In this document: one piece after another, positions 1-13,618 of the stretch
Layout of the letters: the number at the start of each line of letters is the position of its first letter
Position numbering within the stretch: position 1 is the first letter of the stretch
Source: the human T2T-CHM13v2.0 reference genome, Homo sapiens
DNA: 64,000 nt
NCBI RefSeq assembly: GCF_009914755.1
Contig: NC_060934.1
Strand: one strand, 5' to 3'
Notes under the pieces: model-generated
What the model saw: only the letters and a program-made list of their open reading frames with translations
The model's database searches: none
What the model was told of the DNA's origin: nothing
Made by a program: the position numbers and the translations under genes

Positions 1-224
1 CATTAGTGCAGGGTTCAATGGGTTTTGTAACCTTAGTCACCATAATGCTTTTATCAGACTTAGGTAGCAGACTTTCTACTGTGCCCTGATTCTTTGCCTC
101 AGCATGTCAAGAAGGATGCAGAAGAACTAAACTCTTTAGAAGAAATCCTGTTGACCCTGCTGAGACAGTGACAGTAAAGCTCCAGAAGCAAAATGAGTCC
201 CGGGTGAAGTCCTTAGTTTAAAAT

Positions 225-390
225 CAATTTAAGTGTATGATCCCGAGCAAGTTACTTTAACTTCTATATAACTTGCAATTGTTAATCTATAAAAATGGGA
301 AATGGCCATATCTACTTCATAGGTCTGTTGTGGGGATTCAGTGAGATGGCACCAAGAAAGCCCCTAGGTCAGGGACTGGCACATTTCAGG
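225..390 (+). mobile_element. MIR SINE relic
   Basis: MIR core-like: gcaagttactttaacttct...atctataaaaatggga...tacttcataggtctgttgtggggatt. Confidence 0.6.
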
Positions 391-849
391 AGCCATGGCT
401 GAAGGTGGGGATGAATACTGCTCTAGGAGGGATGGGTAGACAAAGGGAGATAACTTCCTGTCGGCCAAGCCCCAGAAGTCTGTGGGCATAGAACAGTCTC
501 AAGATTGTCCTTTAAGGTTCTCAGGTTACTGGGGCTTCTGGGAGAAGTGTGGCCTTGTTATCTTCTTTGAAACCCTGGTTGACTTCTCTTTCTCTCTAGG
601 TCCAACAACTCCTTTCTCTGCCTTGAGGTTCTCTTATACATCTTTCCTTTCCGGGCTTCAGGTTCTTTCCCCTCAACCCCACCCTGGCAGCCTAGCCACA
701 CCAGGATGTTTTTCCTTAGAGCAGCAGTGACATGGGACTTGAAGATTAATGAGTCACTCAAGGTTTCCACCCAGCTAAGGAAGACAGAGAATTCCTAATT
801 CCTGGCAATCTACTCATTGCTTTTGTGAGTTTTAAATTAAAAATAGGTA

Positions 850-1332
<483 letters not shown>

Positions 1333-1789
1333 TGATTATTTAGTTAGCTTTACATTCTTCTGTCCTTCTCTACTTTTAATTAAAATGTAAAATAAACTTA
1401 ATGATACATTTAAATTACAAATTTAAAATATAAATTTAACAAAAATATAGAGTTATACCATATAGCATTTTGAATCAAGATGATATACCACCTCTATCCC
1501 TCCAAATCCATATTCATTCTCATTCTCATTCTCTCTCCTCCTCAAGTACTACTGTACCTGTCAAAATTCAATTTATCCTTCTAGATTTATCCCATGAAGC
1601 CTTTCTTGGTCTCTACCAAGAAGTATCTTTCTAATCACTTTTCAAATCTGTGCTAAGTTATTCCTATCTGTTTTGCACGGGACTAGGCTCAGGGATGCAC
1701 AGATGAGCAGGGCTAAAGGAAGATATTAACAATACCACTCCTAGGATCTCCTCTACCCAGAAGTCTCTTTTTTACCTCTTCCAGGATAG

Positions 1790-2335
1790 CTCCCCAGTCT
1801 CCATTTCAGACCAGGACTGATGCCCAGGCAACCTTCCTGCCTCCTGGGTCCTCCAACTCCCAAACAACTGCCACAAATTAAACTTCTTCATATCCATTTT
1901 CATTTACTTTAGTCTCCTAATTAAGAACTCCAATGACTCCAATTACACACACAATCCAACTAAGTGTTAAGAGGTCTTCTCTGAGACAGCTGTTTTGTAT
2001 CTCACTGGCATCTCTGGCCACCTCACAACATTTCCACTCTATTCTGGCCAGCTGGTTTATGGGTCTCTGCAAAGGTTCCTCCTGGCAGGTGGAATCCTAG
2101 CCCCAAGCTGCTCCTTCCTTGCCCCTCACCTCTTTCCAAGGCCAGCTCTGAACATTCCTTCTCCTTGAAGGCAGTCTTCCCCTAAGGAGCCTTGTTTCAT
2201 TTACCTGCTGTCTCTGTGCTCAGCTTGCTGTCTGTTGTTTGCCCTTCCTGCTGCTATCTGCATGGCACGGCTCCTGTTGCTTTATGCCTTCATGGTACAG
2301 CACAATGCTCTGTACCCAGTAGGTACTCAAATGAA
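1790..2335 (+). mobile_element. L2 LINE 3' relic
   Basis: Diverged L2 3' region ending ...cccagtaggtactcaaatgaa; boundaries approximate. Confidence 0.5.
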
Positions 2336-3194
2336 AGCTGTCTTCTCTTCTTTAAGACAAACCCTCTGCCTGCTTCGGAACTTTCCCTCTGGACTAAGAG
2401 GAAGTGTTTTTGTGGATTTTTTTTTTTTTTTGGTCTTGTTTTTAAAATAAGAGGCTGATAATTAATTAATTAGCTCTGAATTGCCTATATGCTAGGCACT
2501 GAGGGGACTGTATTTTTTCCCTTTTTTTGACCTGGGCATTAGAATAAAAAAACAGCAGTTAGTAATGACTTGGTAGTTGGATACATTGCTTTGTCTGCTC
2601 AGACCCCATCTACCAATTCCTTTAGCTTTTTCACATAAAATAGACCCACCAGATGAGACCACAGAAGCAGCCATTTTCTACAAATGAGACCCTGGCACCA
2701 CAGATAAAGGGTCTAGGGGTGGACAACTAACCTGGATAGGTCAACTGGAGTCCCATTATAACACGCACCTCATGTCTTCTGGCTCTAAGTTTGGGGTTTG
2801 AAATGATTTATCCTGTCCAATTAAAAAAATACGATTCTTTCTCAGATTGTTTTCAACCACGTAGTGTTAGTTATTGCATGTTTAAAGTTCGTAGTGCTGC
2901 ACAGTGTAGAAACTCAAGTGTATAAATCTAATGACATATGCTTGTTGTGGTCTCGCTGAGGGCAGTGGGACTGTACAACTTTCTTTTTAAAATATAATTC
3001 AAGCAAATAAAGGCATTAAGTTGTACTAGTGCAATCGAAGATTTATTATCTAAACTTTGAACAGTCAGGAAATTCCAGAGTTGGATTCCAGGAGAAATAT
3101 TTCTAGAAAAGAAAGTAGAAAGACCTAATGTATGTCAGTGCTTGGCCCATTTGCTGCCTGGTACAATAATCCTGTGGATTAAGCATGGGGACCT

Positions 3195-3346
3195 GCCAGG
3201 CATGTAGCTCATGCCTGTAATCTCAGCATTTTGGGAGGCCAAGGCAGGAGTATCGCTTGAGGTCAGGAGTTTAAGACCAGCCTGGGCAACACAGTGAGAT
3301 TCTATCTTTACTACTACTACTACTACTAAAACAAAATTTAAAAAAT
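3195..3346 (+). mobile_element. Alu left monomer (FLAM/AluJ-like) with (TAC)n in tail
   Basis: gccaggcatgtagctcatgcctgtaatctcagc...agaccagcctgggcaacacagtgaga, then (tac)n and A-rich tail; no right monomer. Confidence 0.88.
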
Positions 3347-3910
3347 CATGGGGGATCATACTGCACAGACTAACCCTGAACCTTGCAAAAGGAGACCAAT
3401 GTGTAATGAATGATCGTTGAATGGGCTTCAAAGGGGTAAAATAATTTTACATTTAAAAAAAGCATTTATCTTGATGTAATTGGCCAATAAAATTACATTT
3501 TCTCTGTTACAAAAGGAGAAACTGAGGAACAAAGAGGAAGTAACTAACTTGAGTCTCCTAACATATCCATAGTAGACCTAGAACTGTATTCAATATTTAC
3601 TTACTCCAGATAGATACTGGACTCCAATTTCAAAATTACAACATTCATGGACTACTGATGTATTTCATGAGATTAAGAAATTGTGAGCAGAAATGAAGGC
3701 ATTCAAAGGTGCCTTCGAGACAAAGTTCCATAAAAATCTCACACAAAATAACTGCTAGGCGAGGGAGGGTCTTTCAGCCCAGCCTGATTCATTTCAGGCA
3801 CTGGCAGTTAAGCCAAGCTTATTTTCATAGCTGTGAGTCTCACTCAGATTTCTATCTATCTATTCTGGATCATGAGTCCTTGGAGTTCTAATTCAGAGCA
3901 AGAGAATTCC

Positions 3911-4220
3911 TTTTCTTTCTTTTTTTTTTTTTTTTTTGAGACGGAGTCTCGTTCTGTTGCCCAGGCGGGAGTGCAGTGGCGTGATCTTGGCTCACTGCAA
4001 CCTCCCCGCCTCCTGGGTTCAAGTGATTCTCCTGCCTCAGCCTCCTAAGTAGCTGGGATTACAGGTGCCCACCACCACGCCCAGCTACTTTTTGTATTTT
4101 TAGTAGAGATGAGGTTTCACTATGTTGGCCAGGCTGGTCTCGAACTCCTGACCTCAGGTGATCTGCCCACCTCAGCTCCCAAAGTTCTGGGATTACAGGC
4201 GTGAGTCACTGTGCCTGGCC
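3911..4220 (-). mobile_element. AluS (Sx/Sz-like), full length
   Basis: Antisense dimeric Alu, poly-T tail, ttttcttt on both flanks. Confidence 0.97.
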
Positions 4221-5004
4221 TTTTCTTTTCTTACCTGGTTTTATTTCTAATTTCAAAACAAAACTTCTTTCTAAATATAGTATATATTTTCCATTAAGGA
4301 GAGATACTATAATTGATGATTTATTTATTCCCTGGGGATAGCATCTGCATGTTCCAGAGGTCAGTTTTATTTGTTTCTGTGAACATATAACCATATCTCA
4401 ATGTGGATCTTTCTGCTTTGGCTGCTTGCTCTAATTTTCTCTCCTTCCTGACCTGATCCACACACGCTCATGTGCATTAGGGATGCCTGGGGTTGGATTT
4501 CTTCCTTCTCAAGGTATTTTGTGAACTCTTATACCTGTCATTTGCATCCTGCAAACTGCATCCTCCCATCTCTCCACTTTTCTGCTTTCTCGAGAGTGAA
4601 CTCACCTTCCATGACTAATGCAATCCATAAGCAGCCTTCATGCTGATTCTACAGATTTTAATTTCCTAACATTTCCCTTTAGACTTTTCCTAACATCCTC
4701 TTTTTAAAAAGAAAATCCCTTCTTGGAGTTAGTCACAGGCTCCACATGCCTCCTGTGTGAAATCCCCCCAACAAGGCTCAGATGCCTCAGGTGGTACGTG
4801 GCCATGAACAGGCAAGGCCTGCCCAGACTAAGTGAAGTGCAGGGTTCTAAGAGAGTATTTCTACTGACGTGTACTAGGAACTGACTGTGTGCCCAGCACC
4901 CTGCTAGGAGTGGTGGATGAGACAGGGATTAATCGAGTATGGTTCCTGACCTCAAAGAGCTCTAAGGTCCTTGGCACAATATTCAAGACTAAAATACATA
5001 GATT

Positions 5005-5180
5005 ACAGCATGGTGTAGCAGAAAGGGCACTAGATTTGGGGCAACAGATCTGAGTGATCTTGGGCCAGTTACTTAACTTTATTTTCCTCAATTGTAAAAG
5101 GAGATGATACCTATCTCATAGTGGCTCTTGTGAGGATTCACTAGTGCAAGTAGTATATACTAGGCATTCAATAAATGACA
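5005..5180 (+). mobile_element. MIR SINE relic
   Basis: gtgatcttgggccagttacttaac...ttcctcaattgtaaaaggagatgatacctatctcatag...gtgaggatt. Confidence 0.65.
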
Positions 5181-5848
5181 TTTAATAATTTACTGTTATT
5201 ATTCTTTTTAAATATAACAGCAGCATTTACTATTAGAACTCTAGAACCAGCCAAACAAAATCTGGAACTCACTTCTATTGTAGAAAAGCTTTCAGAGATG
5301 CCTTTAATATGTATTAGAAAGAAATTGTTCCAGGCTTATTGGTAAGCCTGACTCTTGAGGCTTGCATATAGAACATGTTTCTACTTCCCCAAAAAGGGCC
5401 TGATTTTACCATGAGGCAACTGAAGAGGGACTCTGTGGAGAGCCCACTCTGGGAGTGTTGCTTGTTGCTCAGGCCCACAAGAATGAAGAGAACATTTGTT
5501 TTGTTGCCCCCCGTTCTAAAAGCACAGGTGAAATGGGGTGAGAGCGTTTCCCGCTTGACTCCTGCTCTTAGGATGGAAAATGGAAACCAGCAGGAACTCA
5601 GCACTGCTCAGCTCCTATCTTTTTCACCTCGCACTTTTTCAAAAAGGCCATGGGTCACACAGGTCATGGCTCAAACCTAAAAAAGTCTTTATCTGCAAAG
5701 GAAACCAGGCTCATCACAGAATATGCTAGCTGTATAGATGAGGAGCAGAGGTTAAAAACCACGAGCACTATCAGGCAGTCCTTGAGATGGCCTCTAATTT
5801 AGTTAGTCCTAATGAAGCATACCTAATGAGAATACTACTGTATTTCTT

Positions 5849-6154
5849 TTTCTTATACAGCTGTATTGAGATATAATTCACATTCCATGTAATTCACCTA
5901 TTAAAGTGTATAATTCAATGGCTTTTAGTATATTCACAGAGTTGTGCATCCATAACCACAATCAATTTTAGAATATTTTTTACCCCAAAAAGAAACCCTG
6001 CATCCCTCAGCTCTCATCCCCCAACCCCTTACCCCACCCCTCACGCCGAGGAAACTACTAATCTACTTTCCACCTCTACAGATTGGCATATTCTGGACAT
6101 TTTGTATAAGTGGAATCATAACATATGGTCCTTTGTGACTGGCTTCTTTTACTT
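5849..6154 (-). mobile_element. L1MB 3' end, 5'-truncated, with 18-bp TSD
   Basis: tattgagatataattcac...ctggcttcttttactt matches L1MB 3'UTR; flanks aatactactgtatttctt (5831-5848) / aatactactatatttctt (6155-6172). Confidence 0.88.
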
Positions 6155-7479
6155 AATACTACTATATTTCTTAAAGACAGCAGTATCTTCAGTGTATGAC
6201 AAAAGGAGAGTTGCTAAATAAAGTGCAGTCATACTGTGGATTACTGCAGCATTAAAAAACGTAGATCTACATAGCACATAAATATAAAATCTGGAAGAAT
6301 ATACATCAAAATGATAAAAGAAGAGAACCCCAGGGAGGGGGAGAGAGGAATAAGACTAGGAATAGAATGCAAAGAGGACTCTTCCTATTAATTTTTTTCA
6401 AGGATAACTTTTCATGCATTACTTCTGTAATTAAAAATTAATTCAAAAGAGAACAGTAGAAATAAGAGAAAGAGAAGCAGGAGCTTTCCTTGGAAAGTCC
6501 AAATGGAATTGGGCAGGAAGTCCAAGCTTCCCTGATGCTGCTGAAGAATGTAGAACCACTCTGATCCCACAGACCCATCCAGTCTACCCAACATGCAGAA
6601 AAACTCCCTGGAGAAGATGCAGCCCTGAAGCAAAGCCCAGGGAGCAGTGATTCCCTTTGTGCATTGGCATCGAGAAGGTCTACTTCAACCACAGGACAAC
6701 CTCAGTTGTCCTCATTTCCTACTAATTTAAAGGGAAGTAGGTAGGAAGACTGGGGACTCTGAACTGTGAGAGACACTGTTAAGCTCTAGGGAAATATAAG
6801 GAGGGCAGGAACTACACTATCCAGGACCCTGTGTATCTGTACATACATACTGAGATGGAAATCCAGCTCCTAGGACATTGGGAACTGTCTTGACCTCAGT
6901 GGTCTCCACAGATTTAGTGGAGTGGCTCTTGAAACAAAAGGGGGAAAGGGGGACCTTTTGTCCTTTTTCTTTTCTTTTTTATTTTTACCATTTCCTGGGA
7001 AAGCAGGGAAGAGGAAAGCTGGATAGGCTGATCCCACAACCAACCACTGTAGGGAAAGAGCCCTCAGCAAACAGTCTGAGCCACCTTTAAAAGGAAAAGG
7101 CGTCATATAGGCTCCTCGGTTTAAGCAACCAATTATGGATCATGAGAAGAATTTACCTTCATTTTCAATAGACTCTGAGATGCTAAAGACCTAGGCATAA
7201 CTGAATTTGCTTGTGATGACTTTAGAAAGAATATCTGCTATCTACACATCTAGGATTGGAATACAGGTACCCATTCTCAGGGTACCCATTTTCCACACAG
7301 CACCACATGGCCATGATGATAAATGATGGCTCTTAGGTGGAAGACAGCCAAGTTGGAATGTCACAAAAAACAGAGATAAGATAGAACTCATCAATTCTAA
7401 CAGACATTTAAACAGGTAAAGTCACTTGCCTGAAGTCAAACGGTGAATTTGTAGTAGCAACAGTCATAGTAATAGTGAT

Positions 7480-7700
7480 AACATAGTTAATATTTATTAA
7501 GTGCTTACTATGTGCCAAGCACTATGCTAAGCATTTCATATTTATTATTTCAATTAATCCTCACAACAGCCTTATAATGTAGATGCTATCATGACCTTCA
7601 TTTTATGAATAAAAAAATAAAGGCTCAGAGAGATGAGGTAATTTGCTTGTGGTCACACAGCTAGCTGGGGGCTAGAACAAAACATCATGTCTTCTGATTC
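7480..7700 (-). mobile_element. MIR SINE
   Basis: atttattaagtgcttactatgtgccaagcact...aggctcagagagatgaggtaatttgcttgtggtcacacagctag. Confidence 0.85.
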
Positions 7701-8824
7701 CACTGCAATGTTATTATCATGCCATGGTGCAGATTCTTGACTTTCTTTCCCTAGTCTCCAACAACCACCACCATTTTTAATTCCCCAGAGTTTCTAATTT
7801 GAAATCAGACTACTAAACTTTTTCTTGTCATTTTTAACTGTATGTTTGAGTTAAATTCACCTGATAAAGACAAGAGGTTATATTAGTAAATAATTACCTT
7901 GTAGAATTTCACTCATCTTGTGTGCACCTCCACTTAGTATTTTCATAAGCTGATACTTATAATTTAGGTGTTTATTGTCACTATTTAGCTAAAAATTGAA
8001 ATTGATTCTTTTGTTTCTGAGTAGAATGAAGCCCCTGTTTCACTCTTTACTGAAGAAATATATGTAAAGGTAAAAAATGAATTCTGAAATAATTGGAATA
8101 ATAATATATTAAGCTACAAAGTGAACAACTTATGATATCACGGGTAAAACCTAGAGTAGGTTAAAATAATGAAAGGTGTCATGGAAGAGCACAAATCACC
8201 AGGGAAACAATAAAAATTCTGGCATATGAGAAGGCGGATTACATTTTCCAAAGGGAATCCTGTAGGCTGGGGAGGGGAGGGGTGAATCTTTGAGGCCACT
8301 CACCCACAGAATGAAGACAACTGAAGACCACAGAGAAATAAAAAGCGACTCAATACAGTTTAATATCTTTTTTTGGAAGAAACAGAAAATGTTGAACTCA
8401 TCTGCTTTTTCAATTATGAACAGGAAACATAAAACTATACTCAATAATATACCAAAAACTGTAATAAAAACTACCTCGGGCCCATGTTACAGCCAGCAAA
8501 AGAGGACAAGGAGAAGCAGAGAGGGAGGTGGGGGACAGAGGAGAGAAGAGGAAGCTCTGCGGGGTCCCAGGCACCTCCACATCTCTCACTGTCAGACCCC
8601 CTGTGTTTCACAGAGGGCCCTCCTCAGGTCTACCTCATTTTTTGTTTCCTTGCCTCCTAAACTTCTCCAGCACACCCTTTGCTTCTGCTTTCTCCCCTCC
8701 TCCATCCTGTCCTGCCCCTCCGCCCCCAACACAGTCTGAGAAAACAGATCTCCAGGACCCCTGCTCTAATCACAGCCCTTGTTCTCTATAGTCTTTCTAT
8801 TGGATTTTCAATTGCTAATTAGCC

Positions 8825-9129
8825 CTCCTTTTTTTATTGTTTTTCTTTAAATTACCACAGTAATATATTCACATGGTTAAAAAAAATGCCAAAAAGCTTA
8901 TCACGGTGAGTGCAGCTTCTCCCATCAAATATACCACTATTTCTGAATTTCTGGTACGAACGATGAGGATTTAGCTCTTGAAAAACCCCTACATTCTATT
9001 CTCTCCTTCCTTCTCCTGATGAAGTTATATTCTCACACTTTCTTCTGTTCACTTCTGCAACTCCAAACAACATATTTAAACCTATAATTCTTTTGGTAGC
9101 AACAATACATAGTTATCCATGATACCCAC
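8825..9129 (-). mobile_element. HAL1/old L1-like fragment (3' part, interrupted by ERV1)
   Basis: Continues across the ERV insertion into 11513-12560 (…catgatacccac|tttgtaagaggagg…). Confidence 0.5.
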
Positions 9130-9675
9130 CGAGAATGGAAACCATCCACAGGCAAGCAGCTTGCTGATTACTTTAACTTGTCTTTATTTATTCTATTGTC
9201 TTTATCAATATGATTTTACTGTCTCAGGAAGCTCTTGCCCAGGAAGATACAACTTGAAAATATGTTTATTGTTTGTTTCAGCAATTTCCTGAAATCCCAC
9301 TTAAATAAACATCAGATTGCACAAATTTTCAATAGATAGTATCAAATGACTGTTTACTCTCTAAGACTCATCCTGTGTAAACTAAGCTACAAAGTGAATA
9401 ACCCTCACCCAATGTTATTGCTCTGTGGTATTCACTAGTCCTATATTATTATATTATGATATTACCTAGCCCTAATCAAGCCCCACAATGAAAGATTCAC
9501 TTCAAACCAGATCTCACAAAAGTCCTCATAAATATCCCATTTTGTCCTTGCTCTTCTGAGGTGCTATTAAAACTTTGGAGAGGTATTTTTCTCTCTCTTA
9601 CCACAGTAAGCAATAAACTCAGTTTTGCCTTCTCATCAGGTTAGTTTGGTGGTACTTTGGAGCCCTCATTCCACA
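9130..9675 (+). mobile_element. ERV1 5' LTR (MER67-like)
   Basis: TATA-like cataaata, AATAAA followed by ctcagttttgcctt...caggtt...ggagcc...caca LTR end; followed by PBS-like tggcagtgccactgaaat; 4-bp TSD CCAC at 9126-9129 / 11513-11516. Confidence 0.75.
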
Positions 9676-11400
9676 ATTTTGGCAGTGCCACTGAAATTCA
9701 TTTGGGACCTGCTCACTATCACTACCTAAGACTCAACTCTAAAACAGTGCTCCCCTGAGCCCTGTTGCCTCCTGCTGGGATCTCACTGACATTGACAATA
9801 AAGTTTATAAGTCCTGCATTGGACTTGGCTCTGATTTCTTTTTCATTTCATTTATTTGAGCTCTCCAAATGCTGAGTTTATTTTGCATCCTAGGGTTAAG
9901 AAACCTTTTCAGGAATTCTTTCATTATTTGATAAGATTGGGAAAACTTTTATCCTTGATGGAAATCTGCCTTATTATTAACCCTGCTATTTGTTTCTATC
10001 TGTCCTTGACATTTCTTCTTGTACATCTTTAAAGAAAAGTTTGAAGGGAAAGGATAAAGACTCAGAGTCTGCTTCTCAAGCTGGCCCCAAGGACTAAGAA
10101 ATTCAGAAGGTTTCTTCTTGACCAGCATCCTTTGGAAAAACTATGCTTTGGGTCAGTTTTCAAAACCTCCTAAGAATTTTTTTCACTGTTGCTGTTTTGT
10201 CTCTGAGACTCTGATTCTTGATGAGATCTCCTCTCTAAACCTTCTGTCCCATGGGAACTGAAAATTCATCAAATTTTCCATTGGAGATGGCCCAGTCTTT
10301 TGGATGGGGACCCAAGTCATGAGGTGCACAGCGACACTTTCAACCAACTATTTCCACACTCTAATGGGTTTGTCTCAGTCTAAATCGAATGCTTCAATCT
10401 TCTGGGCCACACTCCTGCTTTTTACATGTTCTTAAATAAAATCCAAATTTGTGAACTTCCTTTCTAAATGGCACAATTTCATCAAGTATAATTTAGAATG
10501 ACAGAATTTTTAATAGGAACAAAAATGTTCACTTGAGAAACACTTCAGAATAAAAAACAAAGTAAATATCAAATAGTCTGCATTTTTGATTAGTATAAAC
10601 AAGCATACAAAAGAAATTAAAATTATAAAATTACTTCTTTAACAGATTCTTTGGCCAAAGCAAAGGAAAAATTGTGAAACACTTAAAATTTTTTTCCTTT
10701 AGATACCCCCTACAACTCAGAACTTGAGACACAAACCGCCTTCATCTTCCTATTCCTCTTCCCTCATCCTATGCTCCTCCATTTCCCTCTGCTTCTCTTT
10801 CTTCTTCAGATGCATTCCCCTCCTCTCCTGGCTAGCCAGAAACTCTCAAAGCTCAATTACCCCTTAAAATTAAACCCCTTTCAGAACAGGAAAACCCCTG
10901 GCTTTTAATTCCTTGTCTCAATCTGAGCTGAGAGCCATTGAAAAAAGACTTTCCAAAGCCTAGATAAGATATTGTGAAATTTACACAGGAATTTAAAATA
11001 GTTTTAATTGTATATAATGTGGGGCTCCCAGATCTATACCAATTAGCTTATATGTCAGTGGGAATCTCAGTTGCAAAAAAATTGGATGGAGAACGAAGAA
11101 TGGGAAGACCCGGAGAATGACTTAAAAGACCCAGAATTGCATCAGAAGCTCCGATGCAGTCCCATAAGTAAAGAAGGATATGTCTATTTGAGACTTGAAG
11201 GATCAGCTCTTCAACACTACTGGACAGCATTCAGGGGCAGATCCTGAAGCAGAGCTGATCCCAGTTTCTCTTCACTTTTTGTGAATAGCCTAGAAATAGA
11301 GGATTTAATATGCAAGCAAAATCTAGAATGGGAAACAGTCCTATGGCCAGACCTCCACCATCTCACTGAAGATTTAAAGAGTCTTAGAACAAAAACAGAG
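9676..11400 (+). pseudogene. ERV1 internal region with degenerate gag (capsid-like)
   Basis: 10922-11060 translates (one frameshift, one stop) as SELRAI/KKDFPKPR*DIVKFTQEFKIVLIVYNVGLPDLYQLAYMSVG, resembling gammaretrovirus-like Gag; no pol/env seen. Confidence 0.7.
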
Positions 11401-11512
11401 TAAGACTTGCCAAGGTAGTGCTCTCCATTACTGTGGTAAGCAAGTCACTCAGCTTTGCCTGATCGCCAGGTTATTTTGCTGATGTTTTCAGGGAGCCGGC
11501 AGGCACTCAACT
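11401..11512 (+). mobile_element. ERV1 3' LTR remnant (R-U5 only)
   Basis: gtaagcaagtcactcagctttgcctgatcgccaggttattttgctgatg...ggagcc is homologous to 9606-9670. Confidence 0.7.
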
Positions 11513-12560
11513 CCACTTTGTAAGAGGAGGTCATTAGTTCTTCCATCTTTCCCTCCACCACTTCTCCCCCCTTCCACTTCCTAATTCTGTCAGCTGTGCT
11601 TTCCTTTTATAGCTTTCCAAGGCTGATAATATTTGTAATCTATTCTTTAACCAAGGCTATCGGAAGATGTAGTCTAAGTGTTGAAAACCACCTATCAACT
11701 TTTAGTTTACTCATATTTGAATCATGACTTTCTCATTTAGTTCTCACCCTTCCCCTCCACTTTACAGTTTCTAAAAGGCTTTTCTCTGCTTCTTGAACTC
11801 CCATGCCTTTATCATGTTCTCAGTTTTTCCCCAAATCTCTAATATACTACCTGTTTCATCAAATTGCCATTTTCTGCCCAGAAAGCCTTCCTCCTGGAGT
11901 CCTCCATTCTTTTGCTCCAATCTGGACTATCTGCACTGTTAAGTCTGCTACCCAGCTGGTGATTTTTGGACTTTCATGTCTGAAAATGTCACTGCCCTCA
12001 CACTTGATTAAAAGTCAGGTGAGTTATACATTTCTGTGTTGACAACTAATTTTCAAAGTATTGCTCTATTGTATTGCAGTCTCCCGTGTTGATGAGAAAG
12101 TTGATGCCAATCTTAGCCTTACTCCTTTTTCTCTCTGGAAGGTTTCAGTACCTTCTATTTATTCTTGGTTTTTAAAATTTTTTTCAGTGATGTGTTTACA
12201 TGTGGATTGGTTTTCTTTCATTCTGCTTGAAATTTACTAGGCCCTTCAAATATCAAGACTTTTATATCCCTTCAACCCAGGGGCATATTCAGTTATGGGA
12301 TATTTTCTTGCATTATTTCCTTGATCATTTTCTCTCCTCTGTTCTCTTTGTTCTCTCCTTCTCCACATCTACTAGTGAAATAGGGGAACCTTCTCATCTC
12401 CATTTTATAACTTTTCTTTCAATATTTTGTATCTTTTTGTTTTTCTTTATGTTCTGTATTTGGGGACTTTTCTCTATTTCATTTTCCAGTCCTTTTATTA
12501 TTATTTTTGCTTGGGAATTATATTTTTAATTTCCAAGAGGTCCTTACATTTTCATTGTTC
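11513..12560 (-). mobile_element. HAL1/old L1-like fragment
   Basis: HAL1-type motif ctcctggagtcctccattcttttgctccaatctggact and T-rich antisense ORF-like body. Confidence 0.6.
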
Positions 12561-12815
12561 CTGCTTTTAATATATAATGTAGCTTGCTGTGCTGGTTTCT
12601 GAATATAATACACTGTGGGCTCTCTTAGCTGACTTCCATCAACCAACTTATTGGATCAACAGACACTTTCCAGTATGTATACATGCTGAATGCTCATGGC
12701 TATTAGGCTATTCACTGGTTTGCCCACATTCCTACTTCTATAAACTGAGCTGAATACCTATCAAGAAGAGTTATGTTTCTTCCCCAAATCTGTTTAGTCA
12801 AGTTGTGCTTGGTTT

Positions 12816-12872
<57 letters not shown>
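12816..12872. repeat. Compound microsatellite (TA)n(TG)n
   Basis: Direct reading. Confidence 0.97.
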
Positions 12873-12875
<3 letters not shown>

Positions 12876-12957
12876 ATAAACATGATATATATAAAATATA
12901 TATATATGGCTTTTATGTGGCATTATTAAAATTATTTGATAATTATTATTCATCTTT

Positions 12958-13213
12958 CTTTTTTTTTTTGAGACTGAGTCTTGTTCTGTAGCCCAGGCTG
13001 GAGTGTGGTCCCATGATCTCAGCTCACTGCAACCTCTGCCTCCTGGGTTCAAGTGATTTTCTTGCCTCAGCCTCCTGAGTAGCTGGGATTATAGGTGCGT
13101 GCCAACACGCCTGGCTAATTTTTGTGTTTTTAATAGAGATAGGGTTTCACCAATCCACCCACCTCGACTTCCCAAAGTGTTGAGAATACAGGTGTGAGCC
13201 ACTGTGCCCAGTC
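12958..13213 (-). mobile_element. AluS with ~40-nt internal deletion
   Basis: TSD tattcatcttt 12947-12957 / 13214-13224; gggtttcacca joins directly to atccacccacc. Confidence 0.95.
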
Positions 13214-13618
13214 TATTCATCTTTTTATGTGCTATTTTTTATATTAAAATATTTTCAACAGTTAAAAACAAAATTTGTGTTGGGTGTCCCAAGAGCTCAA
13301 CATCTGGCTATAAGTAGTTTATAAAAGTTAGTCTTTTCTTCTTAATGATCAAAACCAATTTTTACCTTGACAAATCCATTTTAACTTAACAACAACTTAG
13401 TGTGGGCTTTAGAGCCTCTATAAGTCAGAGATTTGATAAAAATTTACCTTTGAATTCCAGGGCTAGGGTCATATAACAGACTAATAGTAATTTAGATTTA
13501 AATAATATATATATTTTTACTATTAGTTAACATATTTGAATCACAGTAAGTACAGCTGTCAGAATGTATAAGGAATCATTTACCACAGATATGATTAAAT
13601 CCATGCAGGCTTATGCAA

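Noticed and set aside
8290-8739. 149-aa ORF in unique sequence
   Set aside because: Non-ATG start, no recognisable domain, composition tracks A-rich then CT-rich DNA; expected by chance.
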